Source of the DNA: Anaeromyxobacteraceae bacterium
GTDB taxonomy: Bacteria; Myxococcota; Myxococcia; Myxococcales; Anaeromyxobacteraceae
Direction of reading: 5' to 3'
NCBI GenBank assembly: GCA_047602405.1
Contig: JASGHJ010000002.1
Span: 2,112,001-2,176,000 of the forward strand
Length of the DNA: 64,000 bases
Position 1 is the first letter of the stretch, and each line of letters opens with the position of its first letter. Below the pieces are notes generated by a model. That model was not told where the DNA came from, did not search any database, and saw only the letters and a list, made by a program, of their open reading frames with translations. The position numbers and the translations under genes were made by a program. This document shows, piece by piece, positions 9,966 through 21,446 of the stretch.

Positions 9966-12900
9966 ACGTCTCCGCGCCCTTCATCCGCCGGCCGGTGATG
10001 ACGACGCTCCTCGTGGCGTCGTTCACCGCCTTCGGCGCGATCGCCTACCAGGGCCTGCCGGTCTCCGACCTGCCGGTGGTGGACTTCCCGACCATCCAGG
10101 TGAGCGCGTTCCTCCCCGGCGCGAGCCCGGAGACGGTCGCCGCCTCGGTCGCGACCCCGCTCGAGCGCCAGTTCACGCGCATCGCGGGCGTGAAGTCGAT
10201 GAACTCCTCGTCGAGCCAGGGCTCGACCTCGATCACCATCGAGTTCAACCTCGACCGCGACATCGACTCCGCCGCCCAGGACGTGCAGGCCGCCATCTCC
10301 GGCGCCCTCGGCGCGCTGCCGTCGGACATGCCGGCGCCGCCGACCTTCCGGAAGGTCAACCCGTCCGACCAGGCGATCGTGCTCCTGTCGATGACGTCGC
10401 CGACGCTCCCCCTCACCGAGCTCAACCGCATCGCCGACACGCTCGTCTCGCAGCGCATCGCCACGGTCCCGGGCGTCGCCGAGGTGGCCATCTTCGGCGA
10501 GCAGAAGTACGCGGTCCGCATCCAGCTCGACCCGCGCGCGCTCGCCTCCCGCGGGCTCGGCCTCGACGAGGTGCTCGCCGCGATCCGCTCCTCGAACGCC
10601 AACCTCCCCACCGGCACGGTCATGGGCGCCGACCGCGCCTACACGGTCGAGGCGACCGGCGGCCTCTTCCGCGCCGCCGAGTTCAGGGACGTGCCCATCG
10701 CGGTGCGCGACGGCGCGCCGGTGCGCCTCGGCGACGTGGCCCGCGTCATCGACGGGGTCGAGAACGACAAGCAGGCCGGCTGGTTCGTGAAGGACGGCAA
10801 GGCCCAGCGCTCGATCACCGTGGCGGTCCGCCGCCAGCCCGGCTCGAACACGGTCGAGATCGCGAAGCGGGTGCTCGCGCTCGTGCCGGGCATCAACCAG
10901 CAGCTGCCGGCGTCGGCCTCGCTCGAGATCATCTTCGACCGCTCCCAGGCCATCCGCGAGTCGGTGCGCGACGTCCAGTACACGCTCCTCCTCACGCTCG
11001 CGCTCGTCATCCTCGTCATCTTCCTGTTCCTCCGGAACCTCCCGGCCACCGTCATCCCCAGCCTCGCGCTGCCGGTCTCGATCGTCGGCACCTTCGCGAT
11101 CATGAGCCTGTTCGGGTTCTCGCTCGACAACCTCTCGCTCATGGGGCTCACGCTCGCGGTCGGCTTCGTCGTCGACGACGCGATCGTGATGCTCGAGAAC
11201 ATCGTCCGGCACGTGGAGAAGGGCGAGGCGCCGCTCGACGCCGCGTTCAAGGGCTCGAAGGAGATCGCCTTCACGATCGTCTCGATGACGATCTCCCTCG
11301 CCGCGGTCTTCATCCCGGTGCTCTTCATGGGCGGCCTCGTCGGCCGCCTCTTCCACGAGTTCGCCATCACCATCGCCGCGTCGATCCTGGTCTCCGGCGT
11401 GGTGTCGCTCACCCTCACCCCGCTCCTGTGCGCCCGGTTTCTCAAGCCCGGCGCCGGGCACGGCGGCCCGCACGGCGCGGCCTACCAGGCCGTCGAGCGC
11501 GCCTTCGACGCGACGCTGCGGTTCTACGACCGCGGCCTCGTCTGGTCGCTCGACCACCCGCGGACGGTGGTCGCGTTCTCGATCGCGGTGCTCGTCGCCA
11601 CGGGCGCGCTCTGGCAGGTGGTGCCGAAGGGCTTCCTCCCCTCCGAGGACACCGGCCGCATGATGGTGAACACCGAGACCTCCGAGGGCACGAGCTACGA
11701 GGCCTCCTCCCGCGCGCACCAGGAGGTCGCCCGGATCGTGACGCTCCACCCGGGCGTGCAGCACGCGAACTCGTCGATCAGCGCGCGCGGCACCTCCGGC
11801 AGCGGCTTCGCCTTCGTGAAGCTCGAGGACGGGCCGCGCGAGCACGCCGACCAGATCGCCGCCGACCTCCGCCAGCAGCTCTCGAAGGTCCCGGGCATCC
11901 GCACCTTCGTGGTGGTCCCGCCCCCCATCTCCCTCGCCGGCGGCGGCCGGGGCGCCCAGTACACCTTCACGATGCTCGACCCGGACACCGCCACGCTCTT
12001 CCAGGCGGCGCCGAAGCTCGAGCAGAAGATGCGGGAGCTCCCGGAGATCACCGACATCAACAGCGACCTCAGGCTCGCGTCCCCCCGGCTCTCGGTGCGG
12101 ATCGACCGCGACCGCGCGCTCGCCGCCCGGGTCTCCCCGCTCGCGGTCGAGGACGCGCTCTACACGGCGTTCGGCCCGCGGCGCGTGTCGGTCATCAACG
12201 CCGCCGACGACCAGTACGAGGTGCTCGCCGAGCTCCTGCCGGAGCTGAAGCTCGACCCCGGCGCGCTCGGGCTCGTCTACGTGCGCTCGTCCACCGGCCA
12301 GCTCGTCCCGCTCGAATCGATCGCCACGATCGGCCGCGAGGTCGGGCCGCTCTCGGTCGCCCACGCGGGCCAGCTCCCCGCGGTGAACGTCACGTTCAAC
12401 CTGAAGCCGGGCGTCGCGCTCGGCGACGCGGTGGACCGGATCACGAGGGCCGCCGGCGAGACGCTCCCCGACACCGTCGGCACCCGGTTCCAGGGCAACG
12501 CCCAGGCCTTCCTCGAGTCGATGGTCGGCCTGCAGGGCCTCCTCGTGATGGCGATCCTCGTCATCTACGTCGTGCTGGGCATCCTCTACGAGAGCTACGT
12601 CCACCCGATCACGATCCTCACCTCGCTCCCCTTCGCCGGGTTCGGGGCGCTCGTGACGCTCGCGGTGTTCGGCAAGGACCTGTCGCTCTACGCCTTCGTC
12701 GGCGTGATCATGCTCATCGGGCTCGTGAAGAAGAACGGCATCATGATGGTCGACTTCGCCATCGAGGCGCAGAAGGCCGGCAAGTCGCCCCGCGAGGCCA
12801 TCCACGAGGCGTCGCTCGTGCGCTTCCGCCCCATCATGATGACGAGCTTCGCGGCGTTCATGGGCACGCTCCCCATCGCCATGAAGCTCGGCGCGGGCGC

Positions 12901-13057
12901 CGAGGCGCGCCAGCCGCTCGGCCTCGCGGTCGTCGGCGGGCTCCTCTTCTCCCAGCTCCTCACGCTCTACGTCACGCCGGTGTTCTACGTGCTCTTCGAG
13001 CGGCTCCGCGCCCCGCGGGCCCGGCTCTCGGTTGCGGCGCTTCCGACCGACCGTTAA
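9962..13057 (+). CDS. RND efflux permease (MdtB/C-like)
   Basis: MNVSAPFIRRPV; GFVVDDAIVMLENI; GLVKKNGIMMVDFA; RFRPIMMT. Confidence 0.95.
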   Translation: MNVSAPFIRRPVMTTLLVASFTAFGAIAYQGLPVSDLPVVDFPTIQVSAFLPGASPETVAASVATPLERQFTRIAGVKSMNSSSSQGSTSITIEFNLDRDIDSAAQDVQAAISGALGALPSDMPAPPTFRKVNPSDQAIVLLSMTSPTLPLTELNRIADTLVSQRIATVPGVAEVAIFGEQKYAVRIQLDPRALASRGLGLDEVLAAIRSSNANLPTGTVMGADRAYTVEATGGLFRAAEFRDVPIAVRDGAPVRLGDVARVIDGVENDKQAGWFVKDGKAQRSITVAVRRQPGSNTVEIAKRVLALVPGINQQLPASASLEIIFDRSQAIRESVRDVQYTLLLTLALVILVIFLFLRNLPATVIPSLALPVSIVGTFAIMSLFGFSLDNLSLMGLTLAVGFVVDDAIVMLENIVRHVEKGEAPLDAAFKGSKEIAFTIVSMTISLAAVFIPVLFMGGLVGRLFHEFAITIAASILVSGVVSLTLTPLLCARFLKPGAGHGGPHGAAYQAVERAFDATLRFYDRGLVWSLDHPRTVVAFSIAVLVATGALWQVVPKGFLPSEDTGRMMVNTETSEGTSYEASSRAHQEVARIVTLHPGVQHANSSISARGTSGSGFAFVKLEDGPREHADQIAADLRQQLSKVPGIRTFVVVPPPISLAGGGRGAQYTFTMLDPDTATLFQAAPKLEQKMRELPEITDINSDLRLASPRLSVRIDRDRALAARVSPLAVEDALYTAFGPRRVSVINAADDQYEVLAELLPELKLDPGALGLVYVRSSTGQLVPLESIATIGREVGPLSVAHAGQLPAVNVTFNLKPGVALGDAVDRITRAAGETLPDTVGTRFQGNAQAFLESMVGLQGLLVMAILVIYVVLGILYESYVHPITILTSLPFAGFGALVTLAVFGKDLSLYAFVGVIMLIGLVKKNGIMMVDFAIEAQKAGKSPREAIHEASLVRFRPIMMTSFAAFMGTLPIAMKLGAGAEARQPLGLAVVGGLLFSQLLTLYVTPVFYVLFERLRAPRARLSVAALPTDR

Positions 13058-13120
13058 CCTCGAACCTCCTCGAGACCGTCTCGCCGGGGTCCTTCGACCA
13101 CCGGTGCGGGAGACCTGCCG

Positions 13121-13792
13121 ATGATCACGACGAAGCTCCTCGACCTCGCCTCCACCTGGGGCGCCGAGTGGGTGATGTGGGCCCTCATCGCCATGTCGCT
13201 CGCCGGGCTCACCGTGTTCCTCGACCGGGTCCTGCTCTTCTGGCGGACGCGCGAGCGCTACGAGGCGCTCCGGGCGAGCTTCGGCGAGACGCTGGCCCGG
13301 GGCGAGCTCGAGGCCGCCCTGCGCGCCGTGGAGGGCGACTCGCTCGTGCGCAACGTGCTCCGGCGCGGGCTGGGGCTCGTCGCGCGGGGCGACCGGGACC
13401 CGGGCCGGCTCGAGCAGGTCATGCTCGCCCAGCTCGCCGAGGAGCGCGGCCGCTACGAGGCGCGGCTCGCCTGGCTCACCTCCATCGGCAACACCGCCCC
13501 GCTCGTCGGCCTCCTCGGCACCGTCATCGGCATCGTCGCCGCGTTCTACGCGCTCGGGAAGATGGGCACGGTCCAGGCGCAGGCGAACAACCTCGTCATG
13601 TCGGCCATCGGCGAGGCGCTCGTGGCGACCGGCTTCAGCATCGCGGTCGCGGTGCCCGCGGTCATCTCGTTCAACGCGCTCCGCACCCACGTTTCCACCC
13701 GCCTCAAGATGGCCGAGGCGCTCATGCGCGACCTCCTCGCCGGCGCCGCCGGGCTGCGCCCCGCCGGCGGGGCGCCGCGGGCGGAGGGCTGA
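13121..13792 (+). CDS. MotA/TolQ/ExbB proton channel protein
   Basis: APLVGLLGTVIGI, IGEALVATG. Confidence 0.92.
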   Translation: MITTKLLDLASTWGAEWVMWALIAMSLAGLTVFLDRVLLFWRTRERYEALRASFGETLARGELEAALRAVEGDSLVRNVLRRGLGLVARGDRDPGRLEQVMLAQLAEERGRYEARLAWLTSIGNTAPLVGLLGTVIGIVAAFYALGKMGTVQAQANNLVMSAIGEALVATGFSIAVAVPAVISFNALRTHVSTRLKMAEALMRDLLAGAAGLRPAGGAPRAEG

Positions 13793-13795
13793 CCC

Positions 13796-14230
13796 GTGGC
13801 CGGCGGCTGGTCCACGGGCGGCGACGACGAGCTCATCGGCGGCGTGAACATCACGCCGATCGTCGACGTCTGCCTCACCCTCCTCATCGTCTTCATCGTC
13901 ACCGCCTCGGCGATCGTGAACCGGAACATCCCGGTCCAGGTCCCGAAGGCGGCCTCCTCCGAGGGCGCGCCCCCCGCCGTCCTCAACATCGCCGTGCTGA
14001 AGGACGGCGCGGTCTGGGTGAACGGCCAGCCCGCGTCGCTGGACGCGATCCCCGCCGCGGTGGAGCAGGCGAAGGCACGCCTCCAGGAGGGCCAGAAGCT
14101 CGCCGGCTTCGTCTCGGCCGACGTCGCCGCGCCGTACGGCAGGTTCGCCGAGGCGGTGGACCGGCTGCGCCTCTCCGGCGTCGTCGAGATCGCGCTCGAC
14201 ACCCAGCCCGTGGAGGAGCCCGCGCGGTGA
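13796..14230 (+). CDS. ExbD/TolR biopolymer transporter
   Basis: VNITPIVDVCLTLLIVFIV; SADVAAPYG. Confidence 0.92.
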   Translation: MAGGWSTGGDDELIGGVNITPIVDVCLTLLIVFIVTASAIVNRNIPVQVPKAASSEGAPPAVLNIAVLKDGAVWVNGQPASLDAIPAAVEQAKARLQEGQKLAGFVSADVAAPYGRFAEAVDRLRLSGVVEIALDTQPVEEPAR

Positions 14231-14985
14231 CGCGGGTCCGGGGCCAGCTCGCGCCCGCGGCGCTCGCCGCGCTCGCCGCCCACGCGGCGGCGCTGGGCTG
14301 GCTGTGGACGCTGCCGCCCCCGGCGACCCCGAAGGTCCGGATGCCGCCCGCGGCGGTGAAGCTCGCGACCCGGCCGCCGCCGCCCGCGCCGAAGCCTCCC
14401 GAGCCCGCCCCGGAGCCGAAGCCCGCCCAGCCCGCGCAGCGCACCGCGAAGGCGGAGCCGCGCGCCGCGAAGCCGCCGCCCGCGGAGGCCCCGCCGCCGG
14501 CGCCCACCCCGCAGCCCGAGGCGCCGAAGCCCGCGCCGCGCCGCTTCGCGGTCTCGATGGAGGCCACCGTGCCCGGCGGCGGCGTGGCCGTGCCGACCAC
14601 CGAGGGCCGCACCTCGGCCCGCGGCCGCGCCGACCTCCCCTCCAGCGCGCCAGTGGGCAACAACGAGGGGCCGACCTCGCCGGTCGACGTCGTCGAGGTG
14701 GAGCGCGCCCCGCGGCTCCTCCGCCAGCCCTCGGCCGCCGACCTCCGCGCGCTCTACCCCGAGGCGGCGCGGCGCGAGCAGCTCGAGACCGACGTCGCGC
14801 TCCAGCTCCTCGTCGACGCGGCCGGCAAGGTCGCCGACGTGCGCGTGCTCCGCGCCTCCGGCAACGGCTTCGACGAGGCCGCGGTCACCGCGGCGCGCGG
14901 CATCCGCTTCCAGCCGGCCGAGCGCGGCGGGAAGGCCGTCGCGGTCTGGATCCCCTGGACCATGAAGTTCCGCCTCGACAGCTAG
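14227..14985 (+). CDS. TonB energy transducer
   Basis: N-terminal TM with AHAA, Pro/Lys-rich spacer, YPEAARR..FDEAA..F.PA TonB_C; GTGA overlap with exbD. Confidence 0.88.
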   Translation: MTRVRGQLAPAALAALAAHAAALGWLWTLPPPATPKVRMPPAAVKLATRPPPPAPKPPEPAPEPKPAQPAQRTAKAEPRAAKPPPAEAPPPAPTPQPEAPKPAPRRFAVSMEATVPGGGVAVPTTEGRTSARGRADLPSSAPVGNNEGPTSPVDVVEVERAPRLLRQPSAADLRALYPEAARREQLETDVALQLLVDAAGKVADVRVLRASGNGFDEAAVTAARGIRFQPAERGGKAVAVWIPWTMKFRLDS

Positions 14986-14995
14986 AGCCCCTCTC

Positions 14996-17603
14996 ATGGC
15001 CTTCCTGCCCGTCCTCCTCGCGCTCTCGATCGTCACCGGCCAGCCCGCGGCGCAGCCGGTAACACAGCCCGCGGCGCAGCCCGCCACCCCGCCCGCCGAG
15101 CCCGTCCTCGCGACGCCCCCGGCGCTGAAGGCGCTCGTCCCCGCCGAGGTCCCGCCCGGCACCGCGTTCCCGGCCCCCGAGGTCGCCGTCACGCTCGGCA
15201 TCGACGTCGGCGCCGACGGCCGCGTGGAGGACGTGCGCGTCGAGGAGGGCGCCGGGGAGCCGTTCGACTCGGCCGCCGTCGCGGCCGCCCGGAGGTTCGC
15301 CTTCGAGCCCGGCCGGCTCACCACCGGCGAGGCCGTCCCGGTCACCATCACCTTCAAGCTCCGCATCTCCGCCCCGCCGCCCGCCTCGAGCGCCGCTGCC
15401 CCGGCCGCGCCGCCCCCGCAGCCGGTCCGCCTCGGCGGCCGCCTGCTCGAGCGCGGGACGCGGAGGCCCCTCGCGAACGTCGCGGTCGCCGCGCGCGCCG
15501 GCGAGGAGACCCTCGCCCGGGCCACCACCGACGCGGCCGGGCGGTTCGCGCTCGAGGTGCCCGCGACCGCGTTCTCGATCGTGGCGCTCCCCGCCGCGCA
15601 CGAGCGGCTCGACGCGAAGGTCGAGGCGAAGCCCGGCGAGGAGCGGGACGAGACCTTCTACCTGGAGGCGGTCGGCACCGGCTTCGAGACGGTCGTCCGC
15701 GCCGCGCCGGTGCGCCGGGAGATCACCCGGCAGGTCATCCCGGCCGACGAGGTCCAGAAGGTCGCCGGCACGCAGGGCGACACGCTGAAGGCGGTGCTCA
15801 ACCTGCCCGGCGTCGCGCGCACCCCGTTCGGCAGCGGTCAGCTCGTGCTGCGCGGCTCGTCCCCGCAGGACACGCGCGTCTACGTGGGCGGGCAGGAGGT
15901 GCCGATCCTCTACCACTTCGGCGGCCTGCGCAGCACGCTCTCGCCCCGCTTCCTCGAGTCGGTCGAGTTCGTCCCGGGCAACTTCGCCCCCGACTACGGC
16001 CGCGGGATCGGCGGCGTCATCGAGGTGAAGCTGCGCGACCCGGCCGAGGACCTGTTCCGCGGGCAGGCGCAGGTCTCGTTCTACGACGCGGGCGTCGCGC
16101 TCGAGGGCCCGCTCGGCGGCGGCTGGACCGGCGCCTTCGCGTTCAACCGCTCCTACATCGACACGCTCCTCCCGCTCTTCATCCCGAAGGACGCGAACCT
16201 CTCCTTCGACACCGCGCCGCGCTACTACGACTACCAGGCCATCGCCCAGCGGAAGCTCGGCGACGGGCGGCTGCGGTTCCTGTGGTTCGGCTCGATGGAC
16301 AAGATCGAGCTCATCCTGAAGCGCCCCGCCGAGGACCCGAAGATCACCGGGAACCTGAGCGCCGGCATCATGTTCCACGCGCTGCAGGCCTCCTACGACT
16401 CGCGCGTGACGCCCTGGCTCACCCAGGAGTCGAGCGCGCAGGTCACCTGGCAGCGTTTCCGCACGCAGTTCGGGCCGGAGTTCTACTTCGACCTCGACAC
16501 GCTCCAGCTCTCCACCCGCTCCGCGTGGTCGGCCGCCCTCTCCGGCGCGCTCAGCGCCCGGGCCGGCGTGGACCTCCAGAATCTCGAGCGCCCAGATCGC
16601 GCTCAACGTGCCGGGCTCGGCGCCCACCGAGGGCGACACGAACGGCGGCTCCGCGTCGACGGAGGGCAGCCTCTCCGCCGACAAGCGCGCCACGCTCTAC
16701 GAGCCCGCCGCCTTCGCCGAGCTTCGCTGGGCGCCGCTCCCGGGCCTCGAGATCCTGCCCGGCGTCCGGCTCGACTGGAACCGCGCCATCCGGCGCTGGG
16801 CGCTCGACCCGCGCGTCGGCGCCCGCTGGGAGCTCGCCCCGGGCACGGTCGCGAAGGGCGCCTTCGGCCTCTTCCAGCAGCCGCCGCAGCCGCCCGAGTA
16901 CGACGACACCACCGGCAACCCGCGCCTCGTGCAGCAGCGCGCGCTCCACGGCTCGCTCGGCGTCGAGCGGCGGTTCTCCGAGAACCTGCAGGGCGAGCTC
17001 ACCGGCTTCCACAAGCGGCTCGACCGGATGGTCGTCTCGAACCCGGCCGCCGCCTACGACCCCGCGGCCCCGCCCTACACGAACGAGGGCTCCGGCCGCG
17101 TCTACGGCCTCGAGGCCACCCTGCGCGGCCGGTGGGGCGAGCAGCTCTTCGGCTGGGTCGCGTACACGTACCAGCGCTCGTTCCGGCGGGACGGCTACGG
17201 GAAGCCCGAGCGCGCCTTCCAGTACGACCAGCCGCACAACCTGACCGCGGTCGCCACCTGGCAGTGGAACCCGCGCTGGTCGGTCGGCGGGCGCTTCCGG
17301 CTCGTCTCGGGCAGCCCGTACACGCCGGTCGTCTCCTCGGTCTACGACACGACGAGCGGCACCTGGGTGCGCGTCTACGGCCAGACCAACTCCGCCCGCC
17401 TCGCCGCGTTCCACCAGCTCGACGTCCGCCTCGACCGGACCTGGACCTACGAGCGCTGGAAGCTCGTCGCGTTCGTCGACGTGCAGAACCTCTACAACCG
17501 GAAGAACCCCGAGGGCTGGACCTACGCCTTCGACTACCGCCAGAAGCAGGTCGCCTCCGGCCTGCCCATCCTGCCGATCCTCGGCGTCCAGGGAGAGTGG
17601 TGA
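14996..17603 (+). CDS. Myxobacterial-type TonB-dependent receptor with N-terminal TonB_C domain (apparent +1 frameshift at 16579-16583)
   Basis: TonB_C-like domain, plug NLPGVAR..PILYHFGG, barrel YDQPHNL, DVQNLYNRKN, terminal GVQGEW; halves join on removing one A. Confidence 0.9.
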
Positions 17604-18460
17604 TGATCCGCCCGCGCCTCCTGCCCTTCCCCGTCGCAGCGCTCCTCGCCGCCGGCCTCGGCGGCTGCGCGCAGGACTTCCTGCCCGAGTCGTACCTCGA
17701 CGGCCTGCGCGTGCTCTCCATCGCCGCGTCTCCGACCGAGCTCGGGCCGGACGAGAGCGTGACGCTCACGCCGACGGTGTACGCGACGGCGGCCGACCCC
17801 GTCGCGTCGGCCACCTGGAAGTTCTGCCCGCTCACGCTCGGCTCGGCGGGCAGCTTCGCCTGCGCCCTGCCCGCGTGCGAGGTCACGGTGACGCCGGACC
17901 CCGACGGCACCGTCACCCAGGACCCCACCGCGCTCGCCCTCGACTGCCTCACGAAGCTCGCCGCCGCTCCGCCGCCCGGCTTCGAGCCGGGCCAGGTGCC
18001 GGACACGATCGAGACCACCTTCCGGCTCACGGTGACCTCGCAGTCCGGCGACGTCCGCGAAGCGCTGAAGCGGGTCACGCTGCACACGAAGGCGGCGCCC
18101 TCCCCCCGCAACCTGCCGCCGGTCATCGCCGCGGTCGAGCTCGGCGGCGCGCCCGCGGCGGGCGGGGCGACGCTCGCGGCGGGCGGGAAGCTCCGCGTGA
18201 CGGTGCGGATCGACCCGGCCTCCATCGGGACCTACCAGGACGGCAACGGCCGCACGGTGCAGGAGGCCGTGGCGGTCTGGTTCTACGCGACCGCGGGGCG
18301 CCTGGACGACCCGCGGGGCTCCGCGCCCGTCGCGGAGACCGACTTCGTCGCGAAGGAGCTCCTCGCCTCCGACACCACGGCCTCGATCTACGTCGTCGCG
18401 CGGGACCTCCGCGGCGGCGAGGCGGTCGCCGGGCCGTTCACCGTCACGCTCGTGCGCTGA
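17603..18460 (+). CDS. Lipoprotein associated with the TonB-dependent receptor
   Basis: Lipobox LGGC; LRVLSI; WFYATAGRL, VVARDLRGG. Confidence 0.75.
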   Translation: MIRPRLLPFPVAALLAAGLGGCAQDFLPESYLDGLRVLSIAASPTELGPDESVTLTPTVYATAADPVASATWKFCPLTLGSAGSFACALPACEVTVTPDPDGTVTQDPTALALDCLTKLAAAPPPGFEPGQVPDTIETTFRLTVTSQSGDVREALKRVTLHTKAAPSPRNLPPVIAAVELGGAPAAGGATLAAGGKLRVTVRIDPASIGTYQDGNGRTVQEAVAVWFYATAGRLDDPRGSAPVAETDFVAKELLASDTTASIYVVARDLRGGEAVAGPFTVTLVR

Positions 18461-18530
18461 GCAGGGCGGCACGCGGGCCGGCCCGCTTCCCAGGGTCCAT
18501 CGTTCACGCATCCCAACAGGAGGACGCGCC

Positions 18531-18746
18531 ATGAACGAGGATCAGGGCAAGGGCAAGCTCGACCAGCTGAAGGGCGACGTGAAGGAGCGGATTGGCGGCG
18601 CCTCGAAGGACCGCAGCCTCGAGGGCGAGGGCGCGTGGGACCGCGCCAAGGGCAAGGTCCGCGAGGCGGTCGGCGACGTGAAGGAGAAGTTCAAGGACGA
18701 GAAGCGCGAACGCGACGTCAACCGCGACGATCCGGACGCGATCTAG
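18531..18746 (+). CDS. CsbD-family stress protein
   Basis: KGKLDQLKGDVKERIG..LEGEG..KGKVREAVG; AGGAGG RBS. Confidence 0.9.
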   Translation: MNEDQGKGKLDQLKGDVKERIGGASKDRSLEGEGAWDRAKGKVREAVGDVKEKFKDEKRERDVNRDDPDAI

Positions 18747-18866
18747 CAGGCCCTGCGTCGACGCGGGCGGCCGGGCTGGCGCCTGGCCGCCCGCGTGCCT
18801 CTCCAGGTGGGGACTGCCGCCTGCCGCCTCGCCTGCCGATCCTTTCCGGCGGGGTCGGGTTCCCGC

Positions 18867-20655
18867 ATGACACACGCCTGGATCGCGGCCGCGGTGACGA
18901 CACTCGTCGCGGCCGGGGCGCCTGCGTCTCCTTCACCTTCCGCGAAGCCTGGCGTCGCCGCGCCGGACGGCGAGTGGCGCATGGCGGCCCGGGACCCGGC
19001 CAACACCCGGTACAGCCCGCTCACCGAGCTCGACACCGGTAACGCGAAGGACCTGAAGCTCGCCTGGACCTTCGACACGGGCGTGAACCGCGGTCAGGAG
19101 GCGGCGCCGCTCGTCGTGGGCGCGACGATGTACGTCGTCACGCCCTTCCCGAACCACGTCTACGCGCTCGACCTCTCGCGCCCCGGCACACCGCAGGTGC
19201 GCTGGAGGTACTCACCGCCGGTGCTCCCGTCCACCCCCGGCGTCGCCTGCTGCGACGTCGTGAACCGCGGCATGAGCTACGACGGCGGGCGGCTCTTCCT
19301 CGCGACCCTGGATGGCCAGGCCGTCGCCCTCGACGCCGGCACCGGCCGGGAGCTGTGGCGGACGCAGCTCGCGGACCCGCTGAAGGGCGAGACGGTGACG
19401 ATGTCGCCCGTGGTGGTGAAGGGGAAGGTGCTCGTCGGGAACTCCGGCGGCGAGCTCGGGGTCCGCGGCTGGCTGACGGCGCTCGACGCCGCGACCGGGA
19501 AGGTCGAGTGGAAGGCCTACAGCACCGGGCCGGACGCCGACGTCCTCGTCGGCGCGGGCTTCCGTCCGTTCTACGCCGCCGACCGGGGGAAGGATTCGGG
19601 CGTGCGGAGCTGGCCCCCGGAGGCCTGGAAGATCGGCGGCGGGACGGTGTGGGGCTGGAATCTCCTGGGACCCCGAGCTCGACCTCGTCTACCACGGCAC
19701 CGGCAACCCCGGCCCCTGGAACTCGGAGCAGCGCCCCGGGGACAACAAGTGGACCGCGGGGATCTTCGCGCGCCGGCCCGAGACCGGCGAGGCCGTCTGG
19801 TACTACCAGTGGTCGCCGCACGACGTCTTCGACCACGACGGCGTCAACGAGAGCGTGCTCGTGGACCTCGAGCTCGGGGGCCAGCGCCGCAAGGTGCTCG
19901 TCCACCCGGAGCGCAACGGCTACGTCTACGTGCTCGACCGCACCACCGGCGAGGTGCTCTCCGCGACGCCGTACGTGCACGTGACGGGCTCGTCGGGCGT
20001 CGATCTCTCGACGGGCCGCCTCGTCGAGCGCGCGGACCGCCACCCCATCACCGGCAAGGTCGTGCGCGACATCTGCCCGGCCGCGCCGGGCGGCAAGGAC
20101 TGGCAACCCTCGGCCTGGTCCCCGCGCACGCAGCTCCTCTACATCCCGCACCAGAACCTCTGCATGGACTGGGAGAGCGTGGAGGTGAGCTACATCGCCG
20201 GCACGCCCTACGTCGGCGCGAACGTCGTGTACCGCCCCGGCCCCGGCGGCCACATGGGCGAGTTCACCGCCTGGGACCCGGTGAAGCGCGAGGCGCGGTG
20301 GAAGCTCACCGACCGCTTCCCCATCTGGTCGGGCGCGCTCGCGACCGCCGGTGACCTCGTCTTCTTCGGGACGATGGACGGCTGGTTCAAGGCCGTCGAC
20401 GCGCGCGACGGGGCGGTGCTCTGGCAGTGGAAGCTCGGCTCCGGGATCATCGGCCAGCCGGTCACCTGGCGCGGCCCCGACGGAAGGCAGTACGTCTCGG
20501 TCCTCGCCGGGATCGGCGGCTGGCCGGGGGTCGTCGTGCTCAACAAGCTCGACGTCCGCGACCGGACCGCCGCGAACGGCTGGGGCGAGGCCATGAAGGA
20601 CCTCGCGAAGGTCACGGCCGCGGGCGGCACCCTCTACACCTTCGGGCTCCCGTGA
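18867..20655 (+). CDS. PQQ-dependent alcohol/methanol dehydrogenase, probable lanthanide-dependent XoxF-like (apparent +1 frameshift at 19658-19662)
   Basis: Signal peptide; ACCDVVNRG vicinal Cys; GNSGGELGVRG; TGNPGPWN; DVFDHDGVNE with the extra Asp; GGKDWQP. Confidence 0.9.
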
Positions 20656-21446
20656 CCGCGGCCGCGCTCCTCCTCGCGGCGGCGCTCGCCGCCGGTCCGC
20701 CGGCCCCGGGCGCGCGAGGGGCGCCCCTGCGCGTCTGCCTCGATCCGAACAACCTCCCCTTCTCGAACGCGCGCGGCGAGGGGCTCGAGAACCGGCTCGC
20801 GGCGCTGCTCGCGCGGGAGCTCGGCAGGCCGCTCGAGCCGATCTGGCTCGCGCAGCGCCGCGGGTTCTTTCGCCAAGGCCTGAAGGAGGGAGCCTGCGAC
20901 GCCGTGATGGGGGTGCCGGTCGGCCTCGGGCGCGCGCTCCTCACCCGGCCCTACTACACGTCTAGCTACGTGTTCGCCTGGCGGCGCGGCGCCGGCCCCG
21001 AGATCTCCTCGTTCGACGACCCGGGCCTGCGCGAGGTGGTCGTCGGCGTGCAGCTGCCCGGCAACGACGGGGCCGCGACGCCGCCGGGCCACGCGCTCGC
21101 GCGGCGGGGTCTCGTCGCGAACGTGCGCGGCTTCCCGCTCACGGCCGACTACCGGGAGCCGGACCCGCCGGCGCGCATCCTCGACGCGCTCGTCCGCGGG
21201 GAGATCGCGGTCGCCGCCGTGTGGGGGCCGCTCGCGGGCTGGTACGCGCGGAGGGCACCCATCGCCTTCCGGCCGGTCCGGGAGGCCTCCGACGGTGGCC
21301 TCCCCATGCGCTACGCGATCGCGGTGGCCGTCTCGCCGCGCGACCCCTCCCTCCGCGACGCGCTCGACGCCGCGCTCGAGCGCCGGCGCGCGGAGGTCGA
21401 GCGGCTCCTCGCCGACGCCGGCGTCCCGCGGGTGGAGGCACCGTGA
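20652..21446 (+). CDS. MxaJ/XoxJ-like periplasmic binding protein
   Basis: LRVCLDPNNLPFSN, QRRGFFR, TRPYYTSSYVF, VWGPLAG. Confidence 0.88.
   Translation: MTAAALLLAAALAAGPPAPGARGAPLRVCLDPNNLPFSNARGEGLENRLAALLARELGRPLEPIWLAQRRGFFRQGLKEGACDAVMGVPVGLGRALLTRPYYTSSYVFAWRRGAGPEISSFDDPGLREVVVGVQLPGNDGAATPPGHALARRGLVANVRGFPLTADYREPDPPARILDALVRGEIAVAAVWGPLAGWYARRAPIAFRPVREASDGGLPMRYAIAVAVSPRDPSLRDALDAALERRRAEVERLLADAGVPRVEAP

Noticed and set aside
8882..14985. Long overlapping ORFs (1391-aa extension, 1313-aa antisense, 1185-aa)
   Set aside because: Arg/Gly/Pro-rich shadow frames; the real starts are 9962 and 14227, set by ATGA/GTGA coupling.
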